Origin: Hydrurus foetidus
Taxonomy: Eukaryota
Assembly (NCBI GenBank): GCA_900617105.1
Contig: UYFQ01000312.1
Location: 60,332-80,331 of the forward strand
Length of the DNA stretch: 20,000 bases
Direction of reading: 5' to 3'
Shown here: positions 1 to 11,600 of the stretch, one piece after another
Layout of the letters: each line of letters starts with the position of its first letter
Numbering within the stretch: position 1 is the stretch's first letter
Translations under genes and position numbers: made by a program
Notes under the pieces: model-generated
What the model was told of the DNA's origin: nothing
The model's database searches: none
Seen by the model: the letters and a program-made list of their open reading frames with translations, nothing else

Positions 1-159
1 GATATGCAAATGTAACAAGAAGTAAAAAAGAGCAAGATAACAGATGAGTAGAGATGAAGTAGGATGGTGCGATAATTGTGAGTTATCTAGAATGCTTTAA
101 AACGACACTGAAATTTAAAATATGGCGTAACAACTAGGATAACTGGAAGGATCCAATCC

Positions 160-3100
160 TTACATCATCACACCTAATATCATCACCCACCTGTGTGTGT
201 AAGATACACTGCGCAGAGTAGGACCAAACTGATAGTCGTAAGAATCAAATTCAACAGGGGGGTCAGCGACAAGCTTGCAACTCGAATATTCAACACTAAA
301 AACATTGATTGCCCCTGCATTATGAGGCAATACATCGTCACTCTCATTCTCGTTATCATGATTATTTTCGATTTCATCAAACGTTGAATCAATCTGGCCG
401 TTTTTTTCTTTCCCCTTCTCTACTTCTTTCTCTGCCTCATATTGGTTATTCTCTTCACTGTCTTTCCACTCTTCGATACTATTTTCTCTTCTTTCCGAAT
501 TGGATGAAATTCTTTGTTCTTCAAATTCCTTTCTTTGCATCTCATTTCTGTTATTTTCATCGTTATTTTTCTTTTTCTCTTCATCTGTTACTGAGCTCCG
601 TTCAATCTTTACATAATCCTCCCCTATTCTACTTTCTCTACTTTCTTTCACTTCTTCCCCACCGACCATTTCATTTTTGACAATTAAATCACCATTTTCA
701 TCTATTTCGCTACCCCATATATATTCTTTATTACATCTTATTTTTCCCTCTAGAATCCCGCAAGAACCGAGATCTTTCAAAAGAGGTAGGACATAGTCTG
801 AGTATATTTTGTATCTGTTCCTAGTCGTCCTTACATACATCGGCCCTCTCCTTTCATCAACATCAGCCTTGTAATCTTTTAATTTCGCTACGTGCAATAA
901 TGCCACTCTTCTTATCCGTCTTATCGCAGAGAACTGTTCACTGTATTCGTCTTGTTTTTGTCTGTCTAACTTCGCATCCTTCGCTATTAGAGACGCTAGC
1001 ATTTTTCTCGCGATTGAGTCAGCAGTCGGTTTGTAGTTCAAATCGTTCTCATTTATCTTTTCTGTGTTATCATCTGCCATATCATCATTCCTGTCTTCAT
1101 TTTCATTTTCATTTTCATCTTCATTTTCATCTTCATCATCACTTCCACCATTTTCACTTTCGTATTCACTCCCATTCTCGTTTGCACTTTTCTCCTTCTT
1201 CTTTTTCTTATCATAAATTCTCCTCCTGTTTTTAAGTGCTTCTTTCTTCTTCGTTACATTTGCATCACTGATACTGGCGAGTGTAAGGTATTCTTCCTTA
1301 TCATCGATATCACCAATCGCCTCCATATCTTCCATCACAAATATGGCATCTCTCTCCTGCACATCAATTTCTTCTTCATCCTTCCCGTAATGACTCGACT
1401 CCGCACTGCTAACACTGGTCGCCTCACTCTCTACATCACTGTGCAACACTATGTTCTCAGATGTTATGTATTGTTGGCGCAATCTAGCTCGTTGTGTTTT
1501 TTCGTACCTCAATCGATGAATGCGTGCTATTTCTTTTCTCATATTAAATTGTCTCAACAATTTCGGTATTTCAGATTTTGCCGCTTTTGCCTCTTTTATC
1601 ATATTGTAAAATTGCGATACTTTGATTCTTCTATATCTAGTCCATTTTTTTAGTACTCTTTTTAACTTTAATCGACTAATTCTTAACTGAACGGAATTGC
1701 TTTTAAAGCCTTTTACGTTTCCCACTTCGGTGTAATTGATAATTTGCTCTTCTGTTTCTTCCAGCATCGCATGCAATATTCCTAACAAATGTAACGTACG
1801 ATGCGTACGTTTATGAAAAGGTAAATAAAATAAATGTGCGATTTAATTACAGAGCGTGTGATCGATAATAATAATAATAATAGTAATAATGATGATGATG
1901 ATTATAATAATAATAATAATAATGATATTAATAATAATAATATGTATACAAATAAACAGTAAATCAATATGAACGATTAATAATGTGTTAAAGATTGAAA
2001 AAGAAGATTACGAAGGAAATAAACGGATCATCTCTGAAGAACACTCCATCCTTCCAAATGACAAACATAACAAGAATAAAACAATTTACACAACATCAAA
2101 TATAACACTAAAAGTAGCAATAAAAGTAGTAATAGAAGTAACAATAAATATCCTCACCTGTTTTAGACAATAAAAATTTACTACACCTTTCGAGTAAAAA
2201 AATATATCCCATCCGATAAGATCCAGTGGCATCTCCATTATGACGAACAGAAGATAAGTACTCCTTGATTTCGTCATCGTAACGATGAGAATAGTGTCTT
2301 CTCCTAGTTTGGGTGCTCGTGAGACCATGTAGCACTTGTAAATGCCGCATGCCCTCCAAGTACGATCTTCCAATACATTTCACTGGTTTACTTCGTAGTT
2401 TATGTCGAAACTTTCCATACCTCTGTATTGCCTTTCTTTTCTTCAACATATTTCCTGCGTACAATACGTTCTCACTTAATTCTAAATCCCGAGAGTATTT
2501 TATTTTATCTCCCCATTCTATTCTACTCGAAGCACCCAAAATTCTTCCCCGAGAATTAATTTTCAGATCGGATGCTGAGTAACCGATCTTCTCAATCCTT
2601 TTCTTATTTTCGTCTGCAGGTTCTTTTGTGATTTTCGGTGTTTGTGTAACTTGAAGTTCGTTTCGGTTAATTACGACTAGTGCTGGTTTCACGGATTTGT
2701 TGGAAGTTAACCGATTTCTCAAATCATCTTCTCTACCTCTTCTGCTGAAAGAGGTAGAGGAGAATGATGATGTGCTCGTTTGAGAATCTGTTATACGGTT
2801 TTGAGATCCGTTATTGCTATTTTGACTGCTTTGACTGTTTTGGCTGTTATTTCTGTTTTTATTGTTGCTGCTGGTAATTACATTATCACTATCGTCACTC
2901 TCACTCTCACTCCCATTTTCATTTTGAGAACTGTGTCGATTCTTTTCTTGACTATTATCATTTCTATTTCCGTTATTACTATTTCTATTTCCGTTATTTG
3001 CACTACTGCTACTACCACCATTATTATCATTATTATTTCCATTATTTTCATAATTGTTATTTCCGTTATTCTGGTTATCGTCATTTCCGTTTCCGTTTCC

Positions 3101-5639
3101 ATTTCCATAGCTATTACTATGGTCGTAATTTCCATTTTTACTTGGATTATTAGAGCTACCTCCATTATAGTTATTATTGTAGTTATTATTGTCGTGAATT
3201 CTATCTTCAAAATTATTCAGTAATTCTCGATTGTCTTTTCCGTCATTTCCAAATATCTGGTCAACAACAGAACTGAACGCCAGTTGCCTCTCCCTTACAA
3301 CAGTCGAAACGAATCTACGAGAAGGTACTGAATTTTGAAATTGATTTAATAGATTTCCTATGGAATCTCTGGGTACGGAGTCCACATCACTTAGTTGAGA
3401 AATTAAATGAAGTGGTGGTGTATTTATGTTTTTTGTGTTTTGATTTCTATTATTATTATTACCATTATTATTACCATTATTGAGTTTTCTTGACGAGTTA
3501 CTTAGCGGTTCCCTGAAATCCGCATAGTTAACAATTCTGTTTTCATCTTCATTATCAATTTCATTTCCTTCCTCCTCACTGTCATATCCGTGTACAAATT
3601 TGCTGATATCATTCTTCATCCTCCCTCCACTTCCATCACGTTTCAATGACCAGTCTAACCAATGCGGACAGAACTTAACAGACATGATGATTGCACACAT
3701 AATTCGTTCAGGATAATGTTCACAAGCCGTATCTAAGCCTTTTATCGGCACCCCGCTTGCGAAAATATGACTAATATCGAGGTAATTTAACCAAACTTCA
3801 AACGGAAATCCCAATTGCTTCATCATAGAGTACGCCACTAACGGAGTGTTTAATGGAGGAAAATTAATTTTCAAACTTTTCGCAATACCGACTGCATGGA
3901 ACATTATATTGGACGGTGTTATGAAATGGGTTTTTGTCGATTTATGTGATGTTAAAAATACGGCCCTTTTAGAGGGGAGGATTTTCTTTTTTAAATGGGC
4001 CGGCATTTTTTGCCACGTAGTTGTGTACGGAACATCACCTGAAGTAAGTAGTCCAGTTAATAGTGCAATCAACAGAGAAGATATTTGTTTAATTGTCAGT
4101 GGTGGAAATAGTGTAACCGTCACTATAACCAGAAGCGTAATAAAAATATATCGTCAATATTAAGGCGGGAGCTTGTTGTTACGTACGTACACTGTCAAAC
4201 AATCGAATCGAATACATTATAGTGCAATGCAACTCAGCACAACACAAGGCAATACAACGCATTTAGATCTAATATGATACCAAGCAATAAAATTCAAAAT
4301 AGTACATGACTCAAAACGTAACAGCAAAACATACTCAAGTTGAGTACGTTACAGTGTGTACTTACGATCTAAACACCAGCGAACGATATCGCATGGAAGG
4401 ATCCATGATCTCTGCAATCGACACGCTAAGTAAATAAATCCTGAAGAGAAATTTGATATTGTCAATGTGATGATAGCTTAATGATGTTACGAAAAGAAAA
4501 ATAGGACATTGTCGATACAATTGTATTGGACGATTTCGTCTAAAGAAAAATTGTGCAATAGTTTATATCATGGACAGTTGTAATTTTATTTCGCGGATGG
4601 TGATAAAAATTATAGCAGTTAAAATATGGAAAAAGATTGGCATTATATTACCATCAAAGAAATGTATAACGTTGTCAATAAATCTAAAATAAAATCTACA
4701 GCTTTTATTCAATGTAATTAATAGTATCACAAACAAAATGCACAGTCCGCAGGAATGGAAGAAACAAGTACTTACTGCAGTACATTCGCAAATCAGTACA
4801 GTACTGCAGATCAATACTCTCTGTATATCATTAATTCTTTTCTGTCGTGTTTACCTAGCATTAGAGGTTTGGAAGGATACAGTGGATGTCTGTTTAATTC
4901 TGACGCGTCAGCTTTATCCGGATCTGGGTCCTCGATTCCTTTATTGTCAAATATAGCAGTGATATTGCAGCCACTTAGTGACCACGCTAACATGTAACCG
5001 TCCCATAGCTCTTTGACGACCACAGAAAGAGATTCGATGTGTTTGGAATTTGATAATATATTTCTGCTTGACCGTCTAGTATCGGATTTATTCCCACCAT
5101 TCTTTCCATTCAAAGCACTGCTGCTGCTGCTGCTGTTATTATTGTTGGTGCTATTTACTGAGGCATTGTTATCAGCTTCTGTATAATATTCCACATCTTT
5201 GTCAAAAGATGAATCTGCCGGAAATCGCTGAATGGCTGCTGAAACTACACTATTAGTTAGCAGCTGTAAACAGAACTGGTAAGCAACCAGAAAATCCACA
5301 GTTTCAGCATCTGGAGTGACTTGCTTTATCTTGGGAGGACCCTTCACGACAGGACGATATTTCCCTCTCATTCGCCCTGAAACCTTCATCAGCTCAAAAT
5401 TATCATCTGTTTCGAAGGACTCGGGAATAAACTCCTGCGACTGCATTCCACAAGCCACACAAATCATATTGCCTAAGAGTGTGGTAGACAATTTATTAGT
5501 ATGAGCTGTTCATAGACAGGAAACAGCAAAGATTACGAAACATAATTTTTAGAAACATTATTCAGGAATTGCTCTTACCTTGTTCATCGTCGTAGAACTC
5601 TGTCCATTGGCAAGTGGGACAAACAGCAGAGAAACTCAT
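160..5639 (-). CDS. TAF1B: TAF1B/Rrn7-like RNA polymerase I transcription initiation factor (TFIIB-related), 5 exons, ~1400 aa; may continue past the left window edge
   Basis: Manual splicing with GT-AG junctions, all phase-consistent: exons 5639-5579, 5472-4855, 4440-4366, 4038-2158, 1781-(191 or 160). This gives an N-terminal zinc ribbon MSFSAVCPTCQWTEFYDDEQGNMICVACG, the Rrn7/TAF1B cyclin-fold motif PSKPLMLGFIYLACRLQRSWILPCDIVRWCLDRDVPY, and a C-terminal-like motif GSYRMGYIFLLERCSKFLLSKTGILHAMLEETE. A possible further donor AG|GTGGGT lies at 190. Family assigned from remembered motifs, not a search. Confidence 0.8.
1865..1941. repeat. (AAT/GAT)n trinucleotide microsatellite in intron 4 of the TAF1B-like gene
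   Basis: ataataataataataatagtaataatgatgatgatgattataataataat... seen directly. Confidence 0.9.
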
Positions 5640-5760
5640 GATAATATGAGAAGCACTGAAAAAGCGATGTAGATACTCAGCAAAAGAAATCAGTTCCTTG
5701 CTGTACTATTCTCACTGTATACTTGAAGACCAACAGCATCTTCTTAGCTGCAAGGTATAA

Positions 5761-5818
5761 TGAAGCTGCTGAAATAAGTTATGTTTGAAGCTGCTGAAAT
5801 AAGTTATATTTGAAGCTG
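5761..5818. repeat. 25-bp tandem repeat (2.3 copies) upstream of the TAF1B-like start codon
   Basis: TGAAGCTGCTGAAATAAGTTATGTT / TGAAGCTGCTGAAATAAGTTATATT / TGAAGCTG. Confidence 0.9.
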
Positions 5819-5881
5819 TTGGTTGCAGAAGTGTTGGCTGCTGGCTGCTGGCAGCTGGCAACTGCGGGCAACTGGCACTGA

Positions 5882-7225
5882 GGGTCACATTCTATACGGC
5901 GACGAATTTGGACGAATTCAGGCGAATTCATTCGAGAAATTCGATTGAATTCGTTGACATGTTTTGGACCCCTCTGAATTTTACCGAATTCAGGCCACAA
6001 TTCACGGGAACGATAAACGTCTCCGATAAAATTTTACGATAAAATATTTTATCGGTTTTCAATTAATTCAATTCTACTGTAGAGTGGTTTATACCTTTAT
6101 AAGCACACCTGATTTCAAAAAATTCTAAGACCCTGAGGTTTCAGCACACTCTAATTCTGAGTACGTTTTTGAACTCGTCCGTGTCTGAAGAAAAATGTAG
6201 GCTATTTTTTTATTTTTTCTGATGACTGGAAAGGCTTCAAACCAGGGGGGTCTAAATGTTGGGTGCTACCCCTGTGCTTAAATAGAATTAATTAGCTGAA
6301 ATACACGGAAATGGGTCAAAATCCGTATTCAAATTACTGTTTACGAATTTCCTTATACGGTACTTTAACGGGATCCGGCTAAATTTTCGTTTCCGGTAAA
6401 ATATTTTACCGTTAATAGTTAGATACGGCCACACCTTGGTGCACTGTCAGCTGCTGAACATGAGGCATGGGGCATTGACAAGTATCAAAATTGTTCATCA
6501 ACTACTGTTCATCAGAACAAGCGGATTATTTGATATCAGTACTTGTTTCAAAAGCTGCTGTTCTTGCACCGATTGAGGAGGTTGCACCGATTGAGGAGGT
6601 CGAGAGTCCATCAGCAACTCAAGAGTCGACAATTGATAGCAGGCTGTTCGAGTCTCGGGAAGAACTCGATAACTACTTGCACAGCCATTACGGCTACGGC
6701 GTCGAAATTGAAGGCAGTCAACCATCCGAATCTGACGTCAAATGCTTAAAAGTGTTCTTTGATAATGCATCTAGCGATGATATATTTATAATTGATTCAT
6801 CATGGTATCAACATTCTCTCTTTAAGTAATAAGTAATATCTTAATAAGTTCATCAACATTGCTAAAACACTTCATCCCGAACTGTCATTAATGACTTATA
6901 TGGGCCCTATGAACCCTATATACATGATAACATAAGGCGTATACGGAATACAGATATTGCAAGTACGGAATACAGATTTTGATACTTAAATCCGTATTCC
7001 AAGGAAATTTAGTGTGCTCTTAATTGAAATTTAAGAAATAATAGGTAAACCACTCTACCGTATTTCCGATTTCGTGTTCGGTGGCCCTTTTTTACGATAG
7101 AATCGCATTTTCTCGTAAAATTTTATCGGAGACGTTTATCGTTCCCGTGAATTGGTGGCTGTTCTCCGCTGAATTCGCCTGAATTCCGCAAAATTCCGTA
7201 AAACCGTGTCTATATAGAATGACCC
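5882..7225. mobile_element. Non-autonomous TIR DNA transposon, probably PIF/Harbinger-like (1344 bp)
   Basis: Termini GGGTCA(CA)TTCTATA at 5882 and TATAGAATGACCC ending 7225, flanked by a 3-bp direct repeat TGA (5879-5881 and 7226-7228). Subterminal inverted repeats: 17 bp (5914-5930 / 7170-7186), perfect 42 bp (5998-6039 / 7113-7154), 13 bp (6079-6091 / 7046-7058). No transposase ORF. Confidence 0.8.
6491..6829 (+). pseudogene. ATG-less 112-codon acidic ORF fragment inside the TIR element (possible captured gene fragment)
   Basis: Open frame with protein-like composition and an internal 18-bp duplication (APIEEV x2); in-frame stop at 6476 and no ATG; no recognisable domain. Confidence 0.3.
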
Positions 7226-7419
7226 TGAGTTGTCAGCTCGAGCTGGAGCTGTCCTTTGCTGTCGCAGTGAAAGCAATGTTCGAGGTTCGAGTTGTCAGCT
7301 TGTTCATTATAGACGTGCTTTATGACAGCTAATAGGCGCTTTCAAATTTCCACCGACTTCGCCCCTACAATTTCCGGGGACCTTGGGGTACGTTTGAAAT
7401 CTCCGACGAAAAATGCAAG

Positions 7420-7565
7420 TTTTAGTACCGTATAGAATTTTTCCCCCTCACCCCCCACCAAAAATAAAAAGGAAATAGCATCTTCACGAAACTTTTTAGT
7501 ACCGTATAGAATCCTGCCCCTCACCCCCCTCCCAAAAAAAAAGGAAATAGCATCATCCCGAAACT
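7420..7565. repeat. ~74-bp imperfect tandem duplication
   Basis: Two copies of TTTTAGTACCGTATAGAAT...CCCCTCACCCCC...AAAAGGAAATAGCATC..CGAAACT at 7420-7493 and 7494-7565. Confidence 0.9.
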
Positions 7566-8662
7566 AAAGTTTCGGGATAGTCTGGTATCTACAAATCTCC
7601 GCCAACTTTTAGGGAAATTTGACCTCGGAAATTTACCGCCACAAATACGGATACCCCCAAAATTACGAAAATTCTCGGATATTCGGATGTCGGGAAATTT
7701 GAGGGAAATTTGGTACTGTAGCGCAAACACTCTAATATTTGGACAACTTATGAAATTCAAAGATGTGTTCTAAAATCTTTGGAAAAGTAGTTGAGCAACT
7801 TCCTTAAATGCGGGTGCATACAAAAAATCAGTTTTCAGGGGAGTTAAGTATTGAAGTTTGGAGTACTTTGGAAATCAACGGAACTCTGCTAAGACAGTAA
7901 CTTCCACAGGATCCGATTAATATCAGATAAGATTATGTGGCGATCATGATGAAAATAGATTTTCCACCATTTTATTTGAAGAATGCAAATTTGCGTATGT
8001 ATTATTGACCCAGGTGACCTCAGTTCCGTTCAGCTCTTGATTTCACGTTAAAGCTAACCGGATGTTCACCGCCAGATATAGAACCTGATGAGGTGTAGGA
8101 TCTTGCCAACCGTGTTGCTTGAACATCATAAAAAATAATCCCGGCAAACTAATTTCTATTGTTGTCGACCGGAGAAGCATTGAGGGGCCCAAGGTGAAGG
8201 TCTACATCTACACTCCGTTACGATCAACGTGGGAAAATTGTTCGACTGTAAAGCTTTTCGAATTGGAAGAATTGGAATTTTTATCACATTTTTGTCTGGC
8301 TGAATAATGGATAATTCTCGACCACTGCTATTTTCAGTAGATAGCTGATACTTCTAGGTGGACCATTCGTTCTATGTGTTCGTTTCGATGTTGTCACTAG
8401 ACGTACGGACATTCCATGATGTCGGATGTCCGAGTGTTCTCTGAAAGATCTTGAATTTTTTTTTTCTGTCGGGAGTCTCGTCGACTTTTTCTTTTTCGAT
8501 TTTTTCATCCGACACCGCGCAATCATTTGATTTGGACGTTTCCTCGACTCTGACGGCCTCATCTCCTAACGCTGTCGTTGAATACATATCCATTGAAGCT
8601 TCATAGGCATACGAGAATCTCATGGGGATAGCGTAGTATCATCATGAGCTATTGACCATCGA

Positions 8663-11600
8663 ATGAAGGCAGCAATGACAACTCCAAGCGTGTACGAATA
8701 TCCTGATCAACTGGAGAACTGTTCATCCAGGAATGACGATATGAGTTATGATAACGATGCTGACCGCGACGATGATCAGACAACTTCAGCAGAATATGAG
8801 ATACTTTTGCAGGAAGCAATTGAAGCAGATCTGAAGGAGACCGAATTGACAGGTTTGACTGCTGACGCCTCCGTAATGTATATGGCGGTTGGAACATTGT
8901 TACCAGTTTCGCTTCATAGGAATGCAATTGTGCTGACTTCTTGGAGTTCTCTGAAGATTTCTGGAGTCTTCGGAATCCGAAATCTCGAGCTCTGTTTTGT
9001 GATCCTGTTGCTACCATCGAGCTGCCAGTGCTGCATATACCAGCACTCTTGACTTCAAAACTCCCTGATAATCTTGATTTTCGATAATCTTTGTAAAGGT
9101 TGCGTGCACTTCGGTACAGATGAGCACGACATACCTCTGATAGTTTGCATACCAAGAATTGGGTTTGACAAACACACAGTAAGCGAAGCGGAGATCAAAA
9201 AAATGTTCTTACTCTTCATCCGAATGGCTGACTCGCTCATCAGAAGCCCTTTCTCAATAGTGTACGCCCATGACGGGGCTCAATACTGGTTACAAAGGCA
9301 GCCTATCGTTTTCCGTTTCTACAAACTATTACCGAGGAAACACAAGAAGAATTTAGAATCCATGTTCATCATTCACCCGAACGTCGGAATAAAAAGTTTC
9401 TTCGCATTCTCACGAGTTTTTCTGAGCAAAAAGTTCTACGAAAAGCTCACATACGTGGAGAATATATTTGATTTTCAGAAGATGATATCTCCTCTGTGTC
9501 TATCTCTTCCGTACAACTACCTGCTCATCGAGGACGAGGAGCTGGCTCTGTCTTCATGCGGTGTCACCGCATCGCTGATAGATACGTATGATCCAAATCT
9601 TAAATCTACTCGTCTACTTAGCAGCTGCGTAAACTATTTGAGGCATTTTGGATTAGAAAGCACAGGTAATGATGCTACGGATGTGCAATGTAACACGACA
9701 TCTGAATGTCCTGTCGGCCTTGAACATTTATGATGTGTGATCCAACACACAACTGTCACTATTTGAAAATTTTACTTCATACAGCAGCTACATCACATCC
9801 CACTACTACTCAGGTTCACATTACTTTTATACCAAGTACCGTATTACTGAGCATCATCTGGGCAATCTGAGACACAGAATCAGAACCAAACGTTGACACT
9901 CGCACTAGATGTACACTCTGTCACGTGATTTGATGTAAATTGGAAATGTCTAATTGCAATACGCACTACATTATCCTTATCTCATCTCATCATCTACACG
10001 GCATCTCGCAGTGACGTCACATCTCACAAATGCATTTCTCATGCCGTCAAATCCTACATCAAATATCGATCCCCATGTCGGCTCGGACTACCCTATCTCC
10101 TTCATCACTAACTCATTTATTCATGAATGCGCACCAACTCACTGACAACATTCTCACAATTGCGTGCTTCATCTTATATCTAGGACTCTTTCGGGTGTCT
10201 GGCGATCACAATCTTCTATCTCTTGTGAAGACTCGTCTCGAGCCGTCTTGGACGGGAGACAAAAAACAGTACCTCGACTGCGTCATCATAGGTACGTACA
10301 TACGTACTTGCATTTGCACGTATCGTTCAAGTGTGCACGCACATCTTCATCGACTGCCACTTGCTGCGAGAACTGTAAACCGCCGTGCTCACTCATTCGA
10401 CTGCATTGCTCATCTGCTGTAAAGTTTCTCACTCTCATTTATCCGCAACACTCTCCTTTTTTCATTTTATTCTTACATGTCGTTTTACATATATTTTTTC
10501 TTATTGTCTTTAGGGGACAAAGCATACCACGAGAAATACGGGATCACGTATCACGCATACTCTAACGAAACTCCACCAGGTAAACATCATTGTAGCTACG
10601 ATGTGTTTTCACAGATTACAAGAGGTACTCTTCAAGCGGTCATCACCACTTGATCGTTTTTCATTACTACCTCACTTGCGCACATCGAGTGTTTTGAGAG
10701 CAAGCACTTCCACCTAACAACTGCACTTTTATCTAGCAATTGCATTTTTACTAGATTCTAACACTTTCTTACTCGAATGTTTTATCAGATACACCAGGCA
10801 ATCATCGACACAATTTGTCAACAAAAATGTGTGAGTCAGATTTTCAATCCTTAAGAAGAAAAGAAAACAACGTGGTCATCAGCACCCCACCCAACGAAAA
10901 AACACCCAGACCGACTTCTCTATTCAGGATGGGAGGAAAGCTGTTTCAAGATGGGAGTAGCAAGGAGAAAGCGAAGGTGCTGAGTCAGACTATGGGACCT
11001 CCTCCAGTGCAGCAAAGTACTGCGGATAGCAGAGTACGTTCGTTGTCTAGTACGGGGCGACCATCCTTGTTCTCGGCAAATATTCTCACAGGTACTGTAA
11101 GGGTAAAGAAAAATTGTCCGCTAAAATGCTTCACCTTCTGATCTGATCCAAGGCACTGACTCCCTCTCAAACCAATCCTCCTCATACTTCCCGACACTCC
11201 CCTACCCTCTCTCCTCTGCACCACTACACTTCTCTCCTCTTCGTTTTTAGTTTCTTTAACTAACAATGGACAACCCTCCCCTCTTTTTTTGTCCGCAGAA
11301 AATAGAACGAGTATGCGATTTGGTCAAAGCACCATGCGGTTCTTCGGGCAAACAACAGTGGGAAGTCCCTCTTGGGGGGAAGAAAGGTTCCGGCCTGCCT
11401 ATTGGGGTAAAAATTGGGGTAAAGTCCCAAGCGGTGCAACTGCTGAAGATCTGAGAGATGTGGCGTCAGTGAGTGAAATGAGCTGCACCAGTGGCGACTC
11501 TACGCAAGCATCCGATGACCACGAAGGAAGGGAAAAAGTCGTCTTCCTTTCTTCTGTTGTTAAACGGACATTGACACTGTCGCTCAAATTCTAAAAAGAG

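Noticed and set aside
2780..3223. Hydrophobic Ile/Val-rich ORFs (147 aa plus strand, 110 aa minus strand) resembling membrane proteins
   Set aside because: Antisense or alternate-frame shadows of the AAT-rich poly-Asn tract in the TAF1B-like exon
6079..7058. Inner TAGAGTGGTTTA inverted pair as a separate nested hAT element
   Set aside because: No 8-bp TSD on its flanks (ttctactg vs ccgtattt); treated as subterminal structure of the larger element
5761..7565. Direct repeats as a CRISPR-like array
   Set aside because: Only 2 adjacent copies per repeat, no unique spacers, eukaryotic context
8100..8623. Minus-strand ORFs (8372-8623, 8284-8562) as a divergent gene
   Set aside because: Short, interrupted by stops, no recognisable domain, and the ATG is only ~40 bp from the RhoGAP start; a decayed gene cannot be excluded
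11469..11600. Intron from GTGAGT (11469) to GAG (11600) removing the stop at 11592
   Set aside because: Poor acceptor, and it would delete the conserved DIDTVAQILK motif including the invariant Lys; compensating indels fit better
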